Assembly (NCBI GenBank): GCA_963675755.2
Contig: CAXXMD010000002.1
Span: forward strand, 864,001 to 928,000
Reading direction: 5' to 3'
DNA: 64,000 nucleotides
DNA from: a bacterium
GTDB taxonomy: Bacteria; Zhuqueibacterota; Zhuqueibacteria; Residuimicrobiales; Krinioviventaceae
In this document: positions 41,003 through 52,416 of the stretch, one piece after another
How the letters are laid out: each line of letters begins with the position of its first letter
Numbering within the stretch: the first letter of the stretch is position 1
The notes under the pieces: model-generated
The model's input: the letters and a program-made list of their open reading frames with translations, nothing else
Database searches by the model: none
Told to the model about the DNA's origin: nothing
Translations under genes and position numbers: made by a program

Positions 41003-41031
41003 AAATTACGAATATAAAGCTATAGAGTCAA
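41003..41031 (-). promoter_or_regulatory. Putative sigma70 promoter for the porV leader
   Basis: Minus strand TTGACT-17 nt-TAATTT. Confidence 0.5.
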
Positions 41032-41091
41032 GCAGTTTTTGATCAAAATGAAACTGCATTACTCTGTACCTACCGTAATTTAACAAATTAC

Positions 41092-42441
41092 TTACTGCAA
41101 AAGTTCCTTAATTGCGGAACAAAATTTATCCATTTCCTGTTTTGTGCGTTTTTCTGTAACCGCTACCAGTAATGTATTGTCCATATTACCAAAATACTGT
41201 TTTAACTCAATACCGGCCAGAAAACCTTTTTTACTCAACAACTCAATATACTCACTAACAGGTTTATTAGAGTTGACGCGAATCACAAATTCCTTAAAAA
41301 AAGGACGATCAAAAACAGGTTCAATACCAGGAATTTCGCACATTTTTTCAAATAAATAATGGCTTTTTTGCAAACACAATTCAGCAATTTTAGGTAATCC
41401 ATTTTTACCCATCAAAGCCATATAAATGGTTGCAGCCAAAGCTACCAGGCCCTGATTGGTACAAATATTGGATGTTGCCTTTTCTCGTCTAATATGCTGC
41501 TCGCGGGTTTGCAATGTCAAAACAAAACCGCTCTTGTTGTTTTTATCAACGGTTTGCCCTACAATGCGACCGGGCATCAATCTAACAAGACTTTGTTTTA
41601 CGGCAAAAAGTCCTAAATATGGACCGCCAAAATTAAGGGCATTTCCTAACGCCTGTCCTTCTCCAGTAGCAATATCCGCACCATAACTTGCCGGTGGTTC
41701 AAGAATTGCAAGCGAAATAGGATCATTTGAAGTTACAAATAATGCACCTGCCTGGTGTGTAATATCAGACAATTCCTGCATTTCTTCCAGACTGCCGAAA
41801 AAATTGGGATGCTGCACAATAACTGCTGCAACCTGGTCATTAATCTGGCTTTTCAAGGCTGCTATATCGGTTATTCCGTTCTCCACAGGTACAAGGTCTA
41901 CATTAATACCTCTACCATGAGCATACGTTTTAACAATATCTACATAATTGGGATTCAATGCACCAGATAATAAAACCGTATTCCGTTTTGTATATCCTGT
42001 TGAAAGCAGCATTGCTTCTGCCAAAGCTGAACCACCATCATACACGGATGCATTTGCCACATCCATACCGGTTAACTCACAGATCATAGTCTGGAATTCA
42101 TATATAGTCTGTAACGTTCCCTGACTTACTTCGGGTTGATACGGAGTATATGCAGTATAAAATTCCGAGCGTGACAAGAGATGTTTTACAACAGAAGGTA
42201 CATAATGATCATATGCGCCTCCACCCAAAAAGCAAACATTTTCAAGACAATTACTATTCATCGATGACAGTTCAGACATGTGTTTCATGATCTCAAACTC
42301 GGATAAAGCTTCAGGCAGATTCAACTCACCTTTGAACTGTAATGCTTCTGGTATATTGTCTATTAATTCCGAAAAAGAGTCTACACCAATGCTTTCTAGC
42401 ATTTCTTTTTTATCTGATTTCGTATTCGGAATAAAACCCAT
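41092..42441 (-). CDS. gcvPA: Glycine dehydrogenase subunit 1
   Basis: FLGGGAYDH, YTAYTPYQPEVSQG, TREQHIRREKATSNICTNQ. Confidence 0.96.
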   Translation of the reverse strand: MGFIPNTKSDKKEMLESIGVDSFSELIDNIPEALQFKGELNLPEALSEFEIMKHMSELSSMNSNCLENVCFLGGGAYDHYVPSVVKHLLSRSEFYTAYTPYQPEVSQGTLQTIYEFQTMICELTGMDVANASVYDGGSALAEAMLLSTGYTKRNTVLLSGALNPNYVDIVKTYAHGRGINVDLVPVENGITDIAALKSQINDQVAAVIVQHPNFFGSLEEMQELSDITHQAGALFVTSNDPISLAILEPPASYGADIATGEGQALGNALNFGGPYLGLFAVKQSLVRLMPGRIVGQTVDKNNKSGFVLTLQTREQHIRREKATSNICTNQGLVALAATIYMALMGKNGLPKIAELCLQKSHYLFEKMCEIPGIEPVFDRPFFKEFVIRVNSNKPVSEYIELLSKKGFLAGIELKQYFGNMDNTLLVAVTEKRTKQEMDKFCSAIKELLQ

Positions 42442-42455
42442 AAGTAGCCTCTAAT

Positions 42456-42833
42456 TTAACTTATAACGTTTTTATAATCTTCTGCGCTTAACAGATTGTC
42501 TAATTGACTGGCATCAGACAATTCAATTTTAATCATCCAACCTTCACCATAAGGATCTTTATTTACAGTTTCAGGTGCGTCTGTTAAAACATCATTAATT
42601 TCTGTAACCTTACCTGAAAGGGGTGCAAAAAGATCAGAAACTGCTTTAACAGCTTCAACGGTACCAAAAGCATCCATTTGGTTAACTTCTGTACCAACTT
42701 CTGGTAACTCTACAAAAACCAGGTCACCCAATTCACCCTGTGCATAGTCAGTGATACCAACAGTGGCAATATTGCCATCTACCGATACCCATTCATGTTC
42801 TTCAGTGTACTTAAATTCAGCCGGAATCTGCAT
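42456..42833 (-). CDS. gcvH: Glycine cleavage system H protein
   Basis: [28 protein letters not shown] lipoyl-Lys motif. Confidence 0.96.
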   Translation of the reverse strand: MQIPAEFKYTEEHEWVSVDGNIATVGITDYAQGELGDLVFVELPEVGTEVNQMDAFGTVEAVKAVSDLFAPLSGKVTEINDVLTDAPETVNKDPYGEGWMIKIELSDASQLDNLLSAEDYKNVIS

Positions 42834-42843
42834 TTTGGCCTCC

Positions 42844-44184
42844 CTAAAATTTAAATGTTTCTAAAAATTTAGTATTGAAATTCCCACTACGAAAGTTTTT
42901 GTCCATGAGAATTTTTTTATGTATAGGAATAGTAGTAGCTACACCTTCAATAATAAACTCGTCTAATGCTCTAAGCATTCGAACAATTGCTTCTTCCCTG
43001 TCTTTGCCATGGGTAATTAATTTAGCCAAAAGAGAATCATAATATGGTGGTATCATATATTGATCATAAGCATGTGAATCTACGCGTACGCCATGACCAC
43101 CAGGGACATGAAAATTGGTTATTACACCAGGTGAGGGACGAAAATCCTTGAAAGGATCTTCAGCATTAATCCGGCATTCAATTGCATGGCCTCGAAGTTT
43201 GTACGATTTCATACGCTCATCCAGTTTTTCACCAGCAGCAACTTTGATTTGTTCTTTAATCAAATCAATACCGTTGACCTCTTCGGAAACAGGATGCTCA
43301 ACTTGAATACGGGTATTCATTTCCATAAAATAAAAGCCACCTTCGTCGTCCATTAAAAATTCAATGGTTCCGGCACTATTATAATTCACTTCACTCGCAC
43401 CTTTGGAGGCTGCCAAATTCATGGCATCACGAATTTCTTGAGTTACTGCCGGTGAAGGTGATTCTTCAATCAACTTTTGATGTTTACGCTGAATAGAACA
43501 TTCACGCTCGCCCAGAGAAATCACGTTTCCAAAGTTATCACCAATCAACTGGATCTCTATATGCCTGGGGCTTTCAAAAAACTTTTCAATATATAAAGCG
43601 GGATTACTAAATGCAGAATTGGCTTCAGCTCCGGCAGAACTAAATGCATTACTTAGTTCTTCTTTAGCACGAACAACACGCATTCCTCTTCCCCCACCAC
43701 CAGCAGATGCTTTAACAATGACGGGGTATCCAATTTCATCAGCAATTTTATACGCTTCTTCCAGGGTTTCAACAATACCGTCTGAGCCGGGTATTACAGG
43801 AACACCTGCTTTTCTCATAGTATCTTTAGCAAAGGCCTTGTCCCCCATTCGGGTGATAACCAGAGGATCAGGACCAATAAATTTTATGTTGCAACTCTCA
43901 CAAATTTCAGCAAAATGTGCACTTTCAGCTAAAAAACCATAGCCCGGATGAATAGAATCCGCATTGGTTATTTCAGCAGCGCTGATGATTTGTGGAATAT
44001 TTAAATAGCTCAAATGACTGGGACCAGGACCAATACATACAGCTTCATCTGCAAAATTAACATGAAGGCTGTCAGCATCGGCTTCACTATAAACAGCAAC
44101 AGATTGAATTCCAAGCTCTTTACAGGCCCTAATAATCCGCAATGCAATTTCGCCACGGTTTGCAATGAGTATTTTCTTAAACAA
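42844..44184 (-). CDS. accC: Acetyl-CoA carboxylase biotin carboxylase
   Basis: [31 protein letters not shown]. Confidence 0.96.
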   Translation of the reverse strand: MFKKILIANRGEIALRIIRACKELGIQSVAVYSEADADSLHVNFADEAVCIGPGPSHLSYLNIPQIISAAEITNADSIHPGYGFLAESAHFAEICESCNIKFIGPDPLVITRMGDKAFAKDTMRKAGVPVIPGSDGIVETLEEAYKIADEIGYPVIVKASAGGGGRGMRVVRAKEELSNAFSSAGAEANSAFSNPALYIEKFFESPRHIEIQLIGDNFGNVISLGERECSIQRKHQKLIEESPSPAVTQEIRDAMNLAASKGASEVNYNSAGTIEFLMDDEGGFYFMEMNTRIQVEHPVSEEVNGIDLIKEQIKVAAGEKLDERMKSYKLRGHAIECRINAEDPFKDFRPSPGVITNFHVPGGHGVRVDSHAYDQYMIPPYYDSLLAKLITHGKDREEAIVRMLRALDEFIIEGVATTIPIHKKILMDKNFRSGNFNTKFLETFKF

Positions 44185-44212
44185 CGAGCTAACTCTCTTT
44201 AATTTATTGACA

Positions 44213-44695
44213 TCATGAAGGTTCTACAAGAAATAACGGTTGATTATATTCAACCGGTTGAGCATTCTCAACCAAAATCTTGACGATTTTACCACTTACT
44301 TCAGCTTCAATTTCATTCATTAACTTCATAGCTTCGATGATACACAAAACTTTACCTTGCGAAATGACATCACCTTCTTTAATATAAGGTTGAGCATCAG
44401 GTGCGGGTGAACGGTAAAATGTACCAACCATTGGAGCCTTAATCTCGATAGTATTGGAAGATTCTACCGGAGCAGCAGCCTCTGTTGCAGCAGGTGCAGG
44501 CGCTGGCGCAGCTTGCTGCACGACAGGTGCAGGCGCTTGTACTTGAACAGGTGAAACAGCAGGGGTTACAGCTGTTACATGAGTAGCTGTTTTACTGATT
44601 CGAATTTTACCCCAAAACCACCGGGTAATCTCTATTTCACCAACAGTACTGCTTTCAACAATTTTTACGAGTTCACGAATCTCTTTGGCTCGCAT
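44213..44695 (-). CDS. accB: Biotin carboxyl carrier protein
   Basis: [18 protein letters not shown] biotinylation motif, Ala/Pro linker. Confidence 0.96.
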   Translation of the reverse strand: MRAKEIRELVKIVESSTVGEIEITRWFWGKIRISKTATHVTAVTPAVSPVQVQAPAPVVQQAAPAPAPAATEAAAPVESSNTIEIKAPMVGTFYRSPAPDAQPYIKEGDVISQGKVLCIIEAMKLMNEIEAEVSGKIVKILVENAQPVEYNQPLFLVEPS

Positions 44696-44718
44696 TGTAA
44701 CTCCTTCAATAAATTCGA

Positions 44719-45279
44719 TTATTTTACACGTTCCATATATTGACCAGTACGTGTATCGATTTTAAGCATCTCACCTTCTTCGATGAACAATGGAACCTGA
44801 ACAGAGCCACCTGTTTCCATTACTGCTTTTTTAGTTGCCCCGGAAACCGTATCACCTTTCATTCCAGGTTCGGTTTCAGCAACCTTGAGTTCAACAAAAT
44901 TAGGCATTTCAGCACCAATGGGGGTATCACCATCCATCAAGATACTTATTGTTTCACCTTCTTTAAGGAAATCACTTCCAGGTTGCAGCATATGTACTTC
45001 TAAACCCAATTGTTCATAGGTTTCATTATCCATACAAATCAATTGTTCGCCTTCACGATACAAAAATTGCATCATGCGACGTTCAACACGTACATCTTCA
45101 ACTTTTTCACCACTACGAAAAGTTTTTTCCAAAACTTTACCGGTTTTCAAGTTTTTAATTTTGGTTCTTATAAAGGCGCTACCGCGTCCCATTTTTACAT
45201 GTTGAAATTCGGTTATAGTAAACAGATCACCATCGATTTTAATGATTAAACCGGTACGAAAATCTGATGTTGAGGCCAT
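44719..45279 (-). CDS. efp: Elongation factor P
   Basis: [10 protein letters not shown] loop, [19 protein letters not shown]. Confidence 0.96.
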   Translation of the reverse strand: MASTSDFRTGLIIKIDGDLFTITEFQHVKMGRGSAFIRTKIKNLKTGKVLEKTFRSGEKVEDVRVERRMMQFLYREGEQLICMDNETYEQLGLEVHMLQPGSDFLKEGETISILMDGDTPIGAEMPNFVELKVAETEPGMKGDTVSGATKKAVMETGGSVQVPLFIEEGEMLKIDTRTGQYMERVK

Positions 45280-45300
45280 AAATAATAATTCCTTTTTTAA

Positions 45301-46746
45301 TTAACGTCTACTCTCAAGTTTATTTTTTAATATTTCATTTACACTTTTAGGGTTCGCTTTACCTTGTGAAGCACGCATAATTTGCCCAACCAGAAAGCCT
45401 ATAACTTTTTCTTTTCCAGCTAAATAAGCGTCCACTTCATTAGGGTTTTCATCAAGTATTTTATCTACAATCTGTTCAAGTTCACCAGTATCAGAGATTT
45501 GAACTAGTCCCTCTTCTTTAATAATAACTTGAGGATTTTTACCAGAATCAGCACAAATCTCAAAAACTTTACGTCCAATTTTCACACTGATTTTATCTTG
45601 TTCTACAAGTTGAATAATTTCAGCAAGGTATTCAGGTGTAACTTTTAATTCTGAAATAGTAAGCTGATTTTCATGCAATGTTCTTAAAACATCGCCCATT
45701 ACCCAGTTACTGGCAGCTTTTTTGTCTTTAACGTTATTAGCCAATTTCTCATAATAATCAGCAATGGCTAAATCGTCTGTAAGAATTGACGCATCATATT
45801 CTGGTAAAGCAAAGTCATCAATAAAGCGTTGTTTCTTGACATCTGGTAACTCGGGCAATGATTGCTTAACACTTTCAATCCATTCCTGCTTGATAACTAC
45901 CGGAAGTAAATCCGGTTCAGGAAAATATCTATAATCATGCGCATATTCTTTACTACGCATGGGTTCAACACAATTCTTGTTAGCATTCCATAACAACGTT
46001 TGCTGTTGAATACTTGCACCATCTTCCAACACTGCAATTTGTCTTCGTATTTCATATTCCAGCGCTTTTTCTACAGCGCTTATGGAATTCATGTTTTTCA
46101 ATTCAGTTTTGGTGCCCAATTTGGTTTCGCCACGTTTACGAATGGAAATATTCGCATCACAGCGCATACTCCCCTCTTCCATGTTTCCATCACAAATCCC
46201 AAGATATCTTACAATCTGACGTAACTTGGTCAGATACGAAGAAACCTGAGACGGTGAACGGAAATCCGGGTCACTAACCATTTCCAACAGAGGCACACCA
46301 CATCGATTAATATCCACAAGCGATTCGTCACGAGCAACATAGGATTCAGAGTGCATGGATTTCCCAGCATCTTCTTCCAGATGAATACGTGTAATACCAA
46401 TACGGGTTGTTTCTCCATTATCAGGGATATCTAGAAAACCATGTTCACAAACGGGTTGCTCATATTGTGAAATTTGGTAACCTTTGGGTAAATCCGGATA
46501 AAAATAGTTTTTTCTGGCGATGATAGATTTTTCATTAATTTTGCAATTTGTAGCAATTGCAAGACGAATTGCAAAATCGATAACTTTTTTATTCAATACT
46601 GGCAAAACGCCGGGCATCCCCAGACATACAGGGCAGACCTGTGAGTTGGGATCAGCACCAAATTTTGCACTACATGAGCAAAATATTTTAGTGTTCGTCA
46701 ATAACTGTATATGTACTTCAAGACCTATAACAGCTTCATAATCCAT
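45301..46746 (-). CDS. gatB: Asp/Glu-tRNA amidotransferase subunit B
   Basis: IGLEVHIQL, YFYPDLPKGYQISQ, HLEEDAGK, YRYFPEPDL. Confidence 0.96.
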   Translation of the reverse strand: MDYEAVIGLEVHIQLLTNTKIFCSCSAKFGADPNSQVCPVCLGMPGVLPVLNKKVIDFAIRLAIATNCKINEKSIIARKNYFYPDLPKGYQISQYEQPVCEHGFLDIPDNGETTRIGITRIHLEEDAGKSMHSESYVARDESLVDINRCGVPLLEMVSDPDFRSPSQVSSYLTKLRQIVRYLGICDGNMEEGSMRCDANISIRKRGETKLGTKTELKNMNSISAVEKALEYEIRRQIAVLEDGASIQQQTLLWNANKNCVEPMRSKEYAHDYRYFPEPDLLPVVIKQEWIESVKQSLPELPDVKKQRFIDDFALPEYDASILTDDLAIADYYEKLANNVKDKKAASNWVMGDVLRTLHENQLTISELKVTPEYLAEIIQLVEQDKISVKIGRKVFEICADSGKNPQVIIKEEGLVQISDTGELEQIVDKILDENPNEVDAYLAGKEKVIGFLVGQIMRASQGKANPKSVNEILKNKLESRR

Positions 46747-46769
46747 TCGTGTATCCGATATTATTTGTT

Positions 46770-48200
46770 CTAGTTAAATCTTTTATCAATAAAATCAGCA
46801 GCCCATAACAAAGTAGGCTCATCAAAAGGTTTTCCAATTAACTGCACACCAATTGGTAAACCATCAGCATCTTTACCGCAAGGTACAGAAATGCCTGGTA
46901 ATCCCGCGAGATTTACAGAAACAGTAAACACATCTGACAAATACATGGTTAGGGGATCGTCAACTTTTTCACCAATTTTAAATGCGGTAGTCGGAGAAGT
47001 TGGGGTTAACAGACAATCAACAGATTCGAACGCTTTATCAAAATCATTTTTGATGTTTGTTCTTACTTTTTGGGCTTTGAGATAATACGCATCATAGTAT
47101 CCGGATGAAAGAACATAAGTTCCTAGCATAATACGTCTTTTTACTTCATTTCCAAAGCCCATGGTACGGCTATTTACATACAAAGATTCCAAATCGGGAA
47201 CATTTTCATCTCTATAACCATAGCGCACACCATCATATCTTGCCAGGTTTGCTGAAGCTTCAGCAGTAGCAATAATATAATAAGCAGCAATAGCATATTC
47301 AGTATGGGGTAAAGATATTTCTTTAACTTCTGCCCCTGCCTGTTCAAGTTCTTTGATCACTTTTTGAATTTGGTCAGAAACCTGATGATTTACGCCACCA
47401 GTAAAATATTCTTTTGGCAGCCCAATCCGCAATCCTTTAACATCTTTGCCCAATAAAGCAGAATAATCCGGAATATCTATATTCGCAGAAGTAGAATCTT
47501 TTTCATCATGACCGGCAAGTACCTGAAGCAATAAGGCAGTGTCAGCAACATTTTTTGAAAAGGGACCTATTTGATCCAATGATGATGCATAAGCAACAAG
47601 TCCAAAACGAGAAACCAGACCATAGGTAGGCTTTAAACCAATCACTCCACAAAAGGATGCAGGTTGACGAATTGAACCGCCCGTATCAGTTCCCAAAGAA
47701 CCCATGCAAAGATCAGCTGCAACAGCTGCGGCAGAACCACCCGATGATCCACCAGGAACACGGGTTTTATCATGAGGATTTCTAACTGGCTCAAAATATG
47801 AATTTTCATTGGATGAACCCATTGCAAATTCATCCATATTGGTTTTACCAATAAAAATAGCATCCTGCTGCGAAAGCTTTTCAATAACAGTGGCATTATA
47901 AGGAGATTTGAAATTATGCAAAATTTTAGAACCACACGTGGTAGTTCCATTTGTCATTACCAACAAATCTTTAATACCCAATACCATTCCTGCTAATGCA
48001 CCTGCCTCTCCCTTGTCAATTTTGCTATCAACAAGCTTTGCCTGTTCAATAGCCTGTTCAGGAAAAACAGAAATAAAGGCATTAATATCCTTATTTTGCT
48101 CGATCTGATTTAGGTAATATTCAGTTAATTCTACACAGCGAATTTCACGGTTTAGAAATAATTGTCTTTTACTGGAATAATCCAGATTGGCAAATGTCAA
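46770..48200 (-). CDS. gatA: Asp/Glu-tRNA amidotransferase subunit A
   Basis: [45 protein letters not shown]. Confidence 0.96.
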   Translation of the reverse strand: MTFANLDYSSKRQLFLNREIRCVELTEYYLNQIEQNKDINAFISVFPEQAIEQAKLVDSKIDKGEAGALAGMVLGIKDLLVMTNGTTTCGSKILHNFKSPYNATVIEKLSQQDAIFIGKTNMDEFAMGSSNENSYFEPVRNPHDKTRVPGGSSGGSAAAVAADLCMGSLGTDTGGSIRQPASFCGVIGLKPTYGLVSRFGLVAYASSLDQIGPFSKNVADTALLLQVLAGHDEKDSTSANIDIPDYSALLGKDVKGLRIGLPKEYFTGGVNHQVSDQIQKVIKELEQAGAEVKEISLPHTEYAIAAYYIIATAEASANLARYDGVRYGYRDENVPDLESLYVNSRTMGFGNEVKRRIMLGTYVLSSGYYDAYYLKAQKVRTNIKNDFDKAFESVDCLLTPTSPTTAFKIGEKVDDPLTMYLSDVFTVSVNLAGLPGISVPCGKDADGLPIGVQLIGKPFDEPTLLWAADFIDKRFN

Positions 48201-48232
48201 AATTGTTTCCTCTATATTTTCCGATTTTGTAA

Positions 48233-48433
48233 TTATTCAGCTTTTTCTTTATCTTCAGTTTTGGATTTTTCAGATTTTCCCTTTTCTTCATCATAGTCGC
48301 CATTGGTAGCACGTTTGAATTCATTTATACCTTTACCCAAACCTTTTGCTAAATCAGGGAGCTTTTTTGCACCAAAAAGAAGAATAATAATGAATAATAT
48401 AATAATCAGTTCAGGACCGCTTGGCATTCCCAT
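48233..48433 (-). CDS. tatA: Twin-arginine translocase TatA/TatE
   Basis: [33 protein letters not shown]; GGAGG RBS. Confidence 0.92.
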   Translation of the reverse strand: MGMPSGPELIIILFIIILLFGAKKLPDLAKGLGKGINEFKRATNGDYDEEKGKSEKSKTEDKEKAE

Positions 48434-48464
48434 GTTAATCCTCCAGAAAGTTATTCAGGTTAAT

Positions 48465-48641
48465 TTATTTAATATCGTCAGAAATATCTATTTCTCTCTT
48501 AACATCATCAGCTGCTTTTTTAAATTCCCGCATACTTTTGCCGATACCGCGGGCTAATTCTGGTAATCGCTTTGACCCAAACAATAACAGAACTACAACC
48601 ATGATTACCATCATTTCCGGCATTCCAATTGCTGGAAACAT
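48465..48641 (-). CDS. tatA: Second TatA/TatB-family subunit (58 aa, below the ORF-track cutoff)
   Basis: Manual translation MFPAIGMPEMMVIMVVVLLLFGSKRLPELARGIGKSMREFKKAADDVKREIDISDDIK*; GGAGG RBS. Confidence 0.9.
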   Translation of the reverse strand: MFPAIGMPEMMVIMVVVLLLFGSKRLPELARGIGKSMREFKKAADDVKREIDISDDIK

Positions 48642-48687
48642 TATATACCTCCAAAAAAGAAATCAGTTCATATCAAATTCAACACAG

Positions 48688-48716
48688 AATATATTGTAGT
48701 TTTATATTAATTGCAA
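48688..48716 (-). promoter_or_regulatory. Putative sigma70 promoter upstream of tatA-tatA-gatA
   Basis: Minus strand TTGCAA-17 nt-TATATT. Confidence 0.45.
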
Positions 48717-48741
48717 GTGAAAGTTTGTCAATCAATAATAA

Positions 48742-49008
48742 TCAAAAATACCACCGCACAATATATGCTGCGACAATCACTCCTATCACTCCAATTATGT
48801 TTAGCTTAAACGTAAAGCCCAAAGTAAACGTCATTAACACCAGGTTTAGTGTTACCGGAGAAAATCCAAAACTAATTGAACGTGTAAAAAAATCTTTAAC
48901 AACACCACCCGGTAATATCACAGAGACCAATTCACCCAAGACGCCACCAATAATAGCTCCAAGGAAAATAGCTAATATTAACCACCCTATCGTCAGTTTA
49001 CGTGCCAT
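48742..49008 (-). CDS. DUF4321 family small membrane protein
   Basis: LGAIIGGVLGEL, VTLNLVLMTFTLGFTFKLNIIGVIG. Confidence 0.75.
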   Translation of the reverse strand: MARKLTIGWLILAIFLGAIIGGVLGELVSVILPGGVVKDFFTRSISFGFSPVTLNLVLMTFTLGFTFKLNIIGVIGVIVAAYIVRWYF

Positions 49009-49028
49009 AATTTAACTCTCCAGACGTT

Positions 49029-49759
49029 TTATTGTTCACTATCATTGTGATTATTTGCAACGAGTAAACTTGATTGCAAATACAAAAAAGGTCCGGAAAC
49101 AAGGTAAATCAGCATTACAATTGCAAGAGAAAGTGATGGGAAAATAATTAAAAAACATTATCGATACGATCAATATCATTAATTTAACTCTATTTGGTCC
49201 CTTTTCTCTCAAATTAAACTTGGGATACCCGTCATAAGGAATTGTACTTGCCATCAATAAACTTATTATAGGAACAATAACAACCATTCCGCGTAATAAA
49301 AATTCCCAACTTGTTTTATCATAAAAAATAATTATACTGGAAATTGCAACAGCAGCCATGGGTGCTGGCAATCCATAGTAATTTCGTTTATTTCCATTTT
49401 CTCGAGATAATACATTAAAACGAGCGAGCCTGAATGCAGCAAAACAATAAAGGTAAAAATGAAATAAACAAACCCGGTAATCCAAGTTGAATCAAATAAA
49501 ACTTGTATACCAACAAAGCAGGAGCCATTCCTGATGAAATTAAATCACTCAGGGAATCCATTTCAAGACCAAAAGGGCTGTTTGTATTTGTAGACCTGGC
49601 AATTTTCCCATCGAGCCCATCAAGGACTGTTGCAGCAAAAATTAACCAGGCTGCATATACATAATTTTCAGAAACAATTAGTGTTACTGCCAAAAAACCA
49701 CAAAAAAGATTTAGAGTGGTAAATAAATTGGGGACGGTAATATATTTATTTTGTATCAT
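49029..49759 (-). pseudogene. pssA: CDP-diacylglycerol--serine O-phosphatidyltransferase, frameshifted as sequenced (probably sequence error)
   Basis: PNLFTTLNLFCG, DGLDGKIAR...DSLSD, FRLARFN and GLPAP are split over three frames (shifts near 49441 and 49150). Confidence 0.85.
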
Positions 49760-50397
49760 TAATTTTTGCGATTACGCTTTCAGCGGCACGTAAACGATCT
49801 CCAAGCTTAACTGTAGGACTTGCGGATTCAGGCAAAAAAACTTCCATGCGGGATCCAAATTTAATTATTCCAAATTTCTCCCCCGCCTTGACATCATCAC
49901 CTAAAACAAGATTACACACAATACGCCTTGCCACCATTCCTGTCATTTGTTTAAAAGCCAGTTTTCCATATTGTGTTTCCAAGCCAACAAAAGAATGTAC
50001 ATTGTGTGATGAAGCTGCTGATGTATGTGCCTGATAATATTTACCACGATTATAAGTTATATACTCTACACTTCCTGAAAAAGGTATATAATTCACATGC
50101 ACATTAAATAAAGACAGAAAAATTGATATTCGAGTTGTTTTTGATTCAAAAAAATGAGGTTCATTAACAGTAGAAATATCAATAACTTTTCCGTCAGCAG
50201 GCGATAGAATTGCATACGGATCATCAACAGCTATTCGGGCAGGATCTCTGAAAAAACAGATGGCTTAGTAAAGTTAACAAAAAAGATATAACCGCCAATA
50301 CAAGAATAACAATATTCTGATAATGAATACCGGTTAATAAAAGAATACAAGTAAACAATAAAAAACCGGCAACTGTAGAGTATCCTTCTTTATTCAA
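49746..50397 (-). pseudogene. psd: Phosphatidylserine decarboxylase proenzyme, frameshifted as sequenced
   Basis: TTG start (NKEGY...), FRDP, SPADGKV, SIFLSLFNVHVN, KFGSR self-cleavage motif; frame shift near 50255-50262. Confidence 0.85.
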
Positions 50398-51093
50398 CTT
50401 GACAGTTTTTCTTGTAATAGTTTCAATGTCCTGTTTAATTTTGGCTTTATCTCCGGCACTCGCTTCATTTAAAAGCATGTTATTATTTTCAACATCCATC
50501 AAATGACAGCTTTCCAGAGAAAAATCACCAGCAAGAATGATTCGTTTATCTTCGGTTCTTCCAAACTCTAATTTAAAATCAATAAGCTTGAGTCCTCTTC
50601 TTCTGAAATAATCTTTCAGAATCACATTAACCTTGGATGCCATTCTGTGCATTTCTTTCAACTCTTCTTTGGAAGCATAGCCAAAAGAGACAATATGATC
50701 TTCATTGATCAATTGGTCTTCTTTGTCTGTTGCATGAAGGTAGAATTCAATCAAAGGACAATCTAATTCCTTTCCTTCTTCCAACCCAAAGCGGCTTACA
50801 AGACTACCCGCAGCTACATTTCTAACCAAATTGTAAACCGGAATAGCCTCTATATTTTTAACAAGCAATCCTTCACCTTTTTTCTCTTTAATGAAATAGG
50901 TTCGCAGGTGATAACTTGCTAATAATTTAAAAACCTGACCCGCAAAAGATATGTTTAACAAACCTTTATCTTTAAATTTTTGCGGTTTACCCTCCCCTAA
51001 TGCAATCTCATCCTTGTATTCAAGAACACATTCATTAGGTTTTTCTGTTTCCAAAAGTGTTGAAGATACGTTATCTTTGATTACGTTTTTCAA
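50394..51093 (-). CDS. purC: PurC (SAICAR synthetase)-fold protein with degenerate catalytic motifs; one extra base near the 3' end
   Basis: VRNVAAGSL, INEDH and LIDFKLEFG are retained. Removing one base from the T5 run at 50406-50410 gives ITRKLSS* with a TTGA overlap to psd. Confidence 0.8.
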
Positions 51094-51114
51094 CTCCAGA
51101 CTCCTTTAATTGAT

Positions 51115-52416
51115 TTATTGAATACCCACCCTTTTAAAGATAAAATCAACCTGATTTAATGCATTTTGTTCATCAAAACAGTCATTTATCTGTTCAGCAG
51201 AGATTATTTTTAAAAACACGATCATCTTTTAATAGCATTTCTTTGAAATTTAACTCTTCTTGCCAACATTTCATAGCATTTTCTTGCACAATTTTATAGG
51301 CCTCTTCACGGGCAATACCGCCTTCTGTTAGCGCTAATAACACTAGCTTGTGAAAAAATTAATCCCTTTGTGATATTTAAATTTGCTTTCATTTTTTTCA
51401 GGATAAACAACCAGATTATCAAGCACTCGTGTTAATCTGGCTAAAGCATAATCAGTAATGATACAGCTATCCGTGGAAAATAACCCGTTCAACAGAGGAA
51501 TGGCTAATATCACGTTCATGCCATAGTGCAATATTTTCAAAAGATGAGATAGAATATGATCTGAGTAATCGTGCCGCACCGGTTAAATTTTCTGAGGCAA
51601 TGGGATTTCGTTTATGAGGCATTGCTGAAGATCCTTTTTGACCTTTAGTAAAAGGTTCTTCTGCTTCAAGAACTTCGGTACGCTGCAAATGACGTATCTC
51701 TACAGCTATCTTTTCGATGGTACAGCCAATAAATGTCAACAGCATTTATAAATTCTGCATGCACATCACGTTGAATAACCTGAGTTGAAACACTTGCAGG
51801 TTCTAATTCAAGTAATTCACATACACGTTCTTCAACTTTGGATCAATAAATGTAAAATTACCAACAGCTCCTGAGATCATACCTACTGCAGCAGCTTTTT
51901 CAGCTTGTTTAAATCGACGATAGTTGCGCTTGCATTTCATCGTACCATAAAGCGAATTTCAAACCAAAAGAAGTGGTTTCAGCATGAATTCCATGACTTC
52001 TTCCTACACAGGCTGTATTCTTGTGTTCAAGCGCACGTCTTTTCAATACTGCGAGCAAATTCTGAATATCCTGATCTATAATTTTAGCAGATTGTTTAAT
52101 TTGCAATGCTAAAGCAGTATCTAATAAATCAGATGAAGTCATACCTAAATGAATAAACCTTGAATTAGGACCAACATATTCACCAACGTTGGGTAAGAAA
52201 TGCTATAACATCATGCTTTACACTAGCTTCAATTTCAAGAATTCGATCAACATTAAATGATGCTTTATCACGTATTTCCTGGGTTATACCTTTGGGAATA
52301 TCGTCCCAATTCTTCCTGAGCCTGACAAGCAGCAATTTCCACTTGCAACCAGGTGTCAAATTTATTTGGTCAGTCCAAATAGAACCCATTTCTGGGCGTG
52401 TATACCTATCTATCAT
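51115..52416 (-). pseudogene. purB: Adenylosuccinate lyase, multiply frameshifted as sequenced
   Basis: [56 protein letters not shown] and IFKRVG* are spread across frames. Confidence 0.92.

Noticed and set aside
44485-44540. Direct repeat CAGGTGCAGGCGCT
   Set aside because: It encodes the Ala/Pro linker of AccB.
50224-51093. Apparent PurC-membrane domain fusion (289-aa ORF)
   Set aside because: One extra base in the T5 run at 50406-50410 joins purC to the psd N-terminus. Removing it gives a normal stop overlapping the psd TTG.
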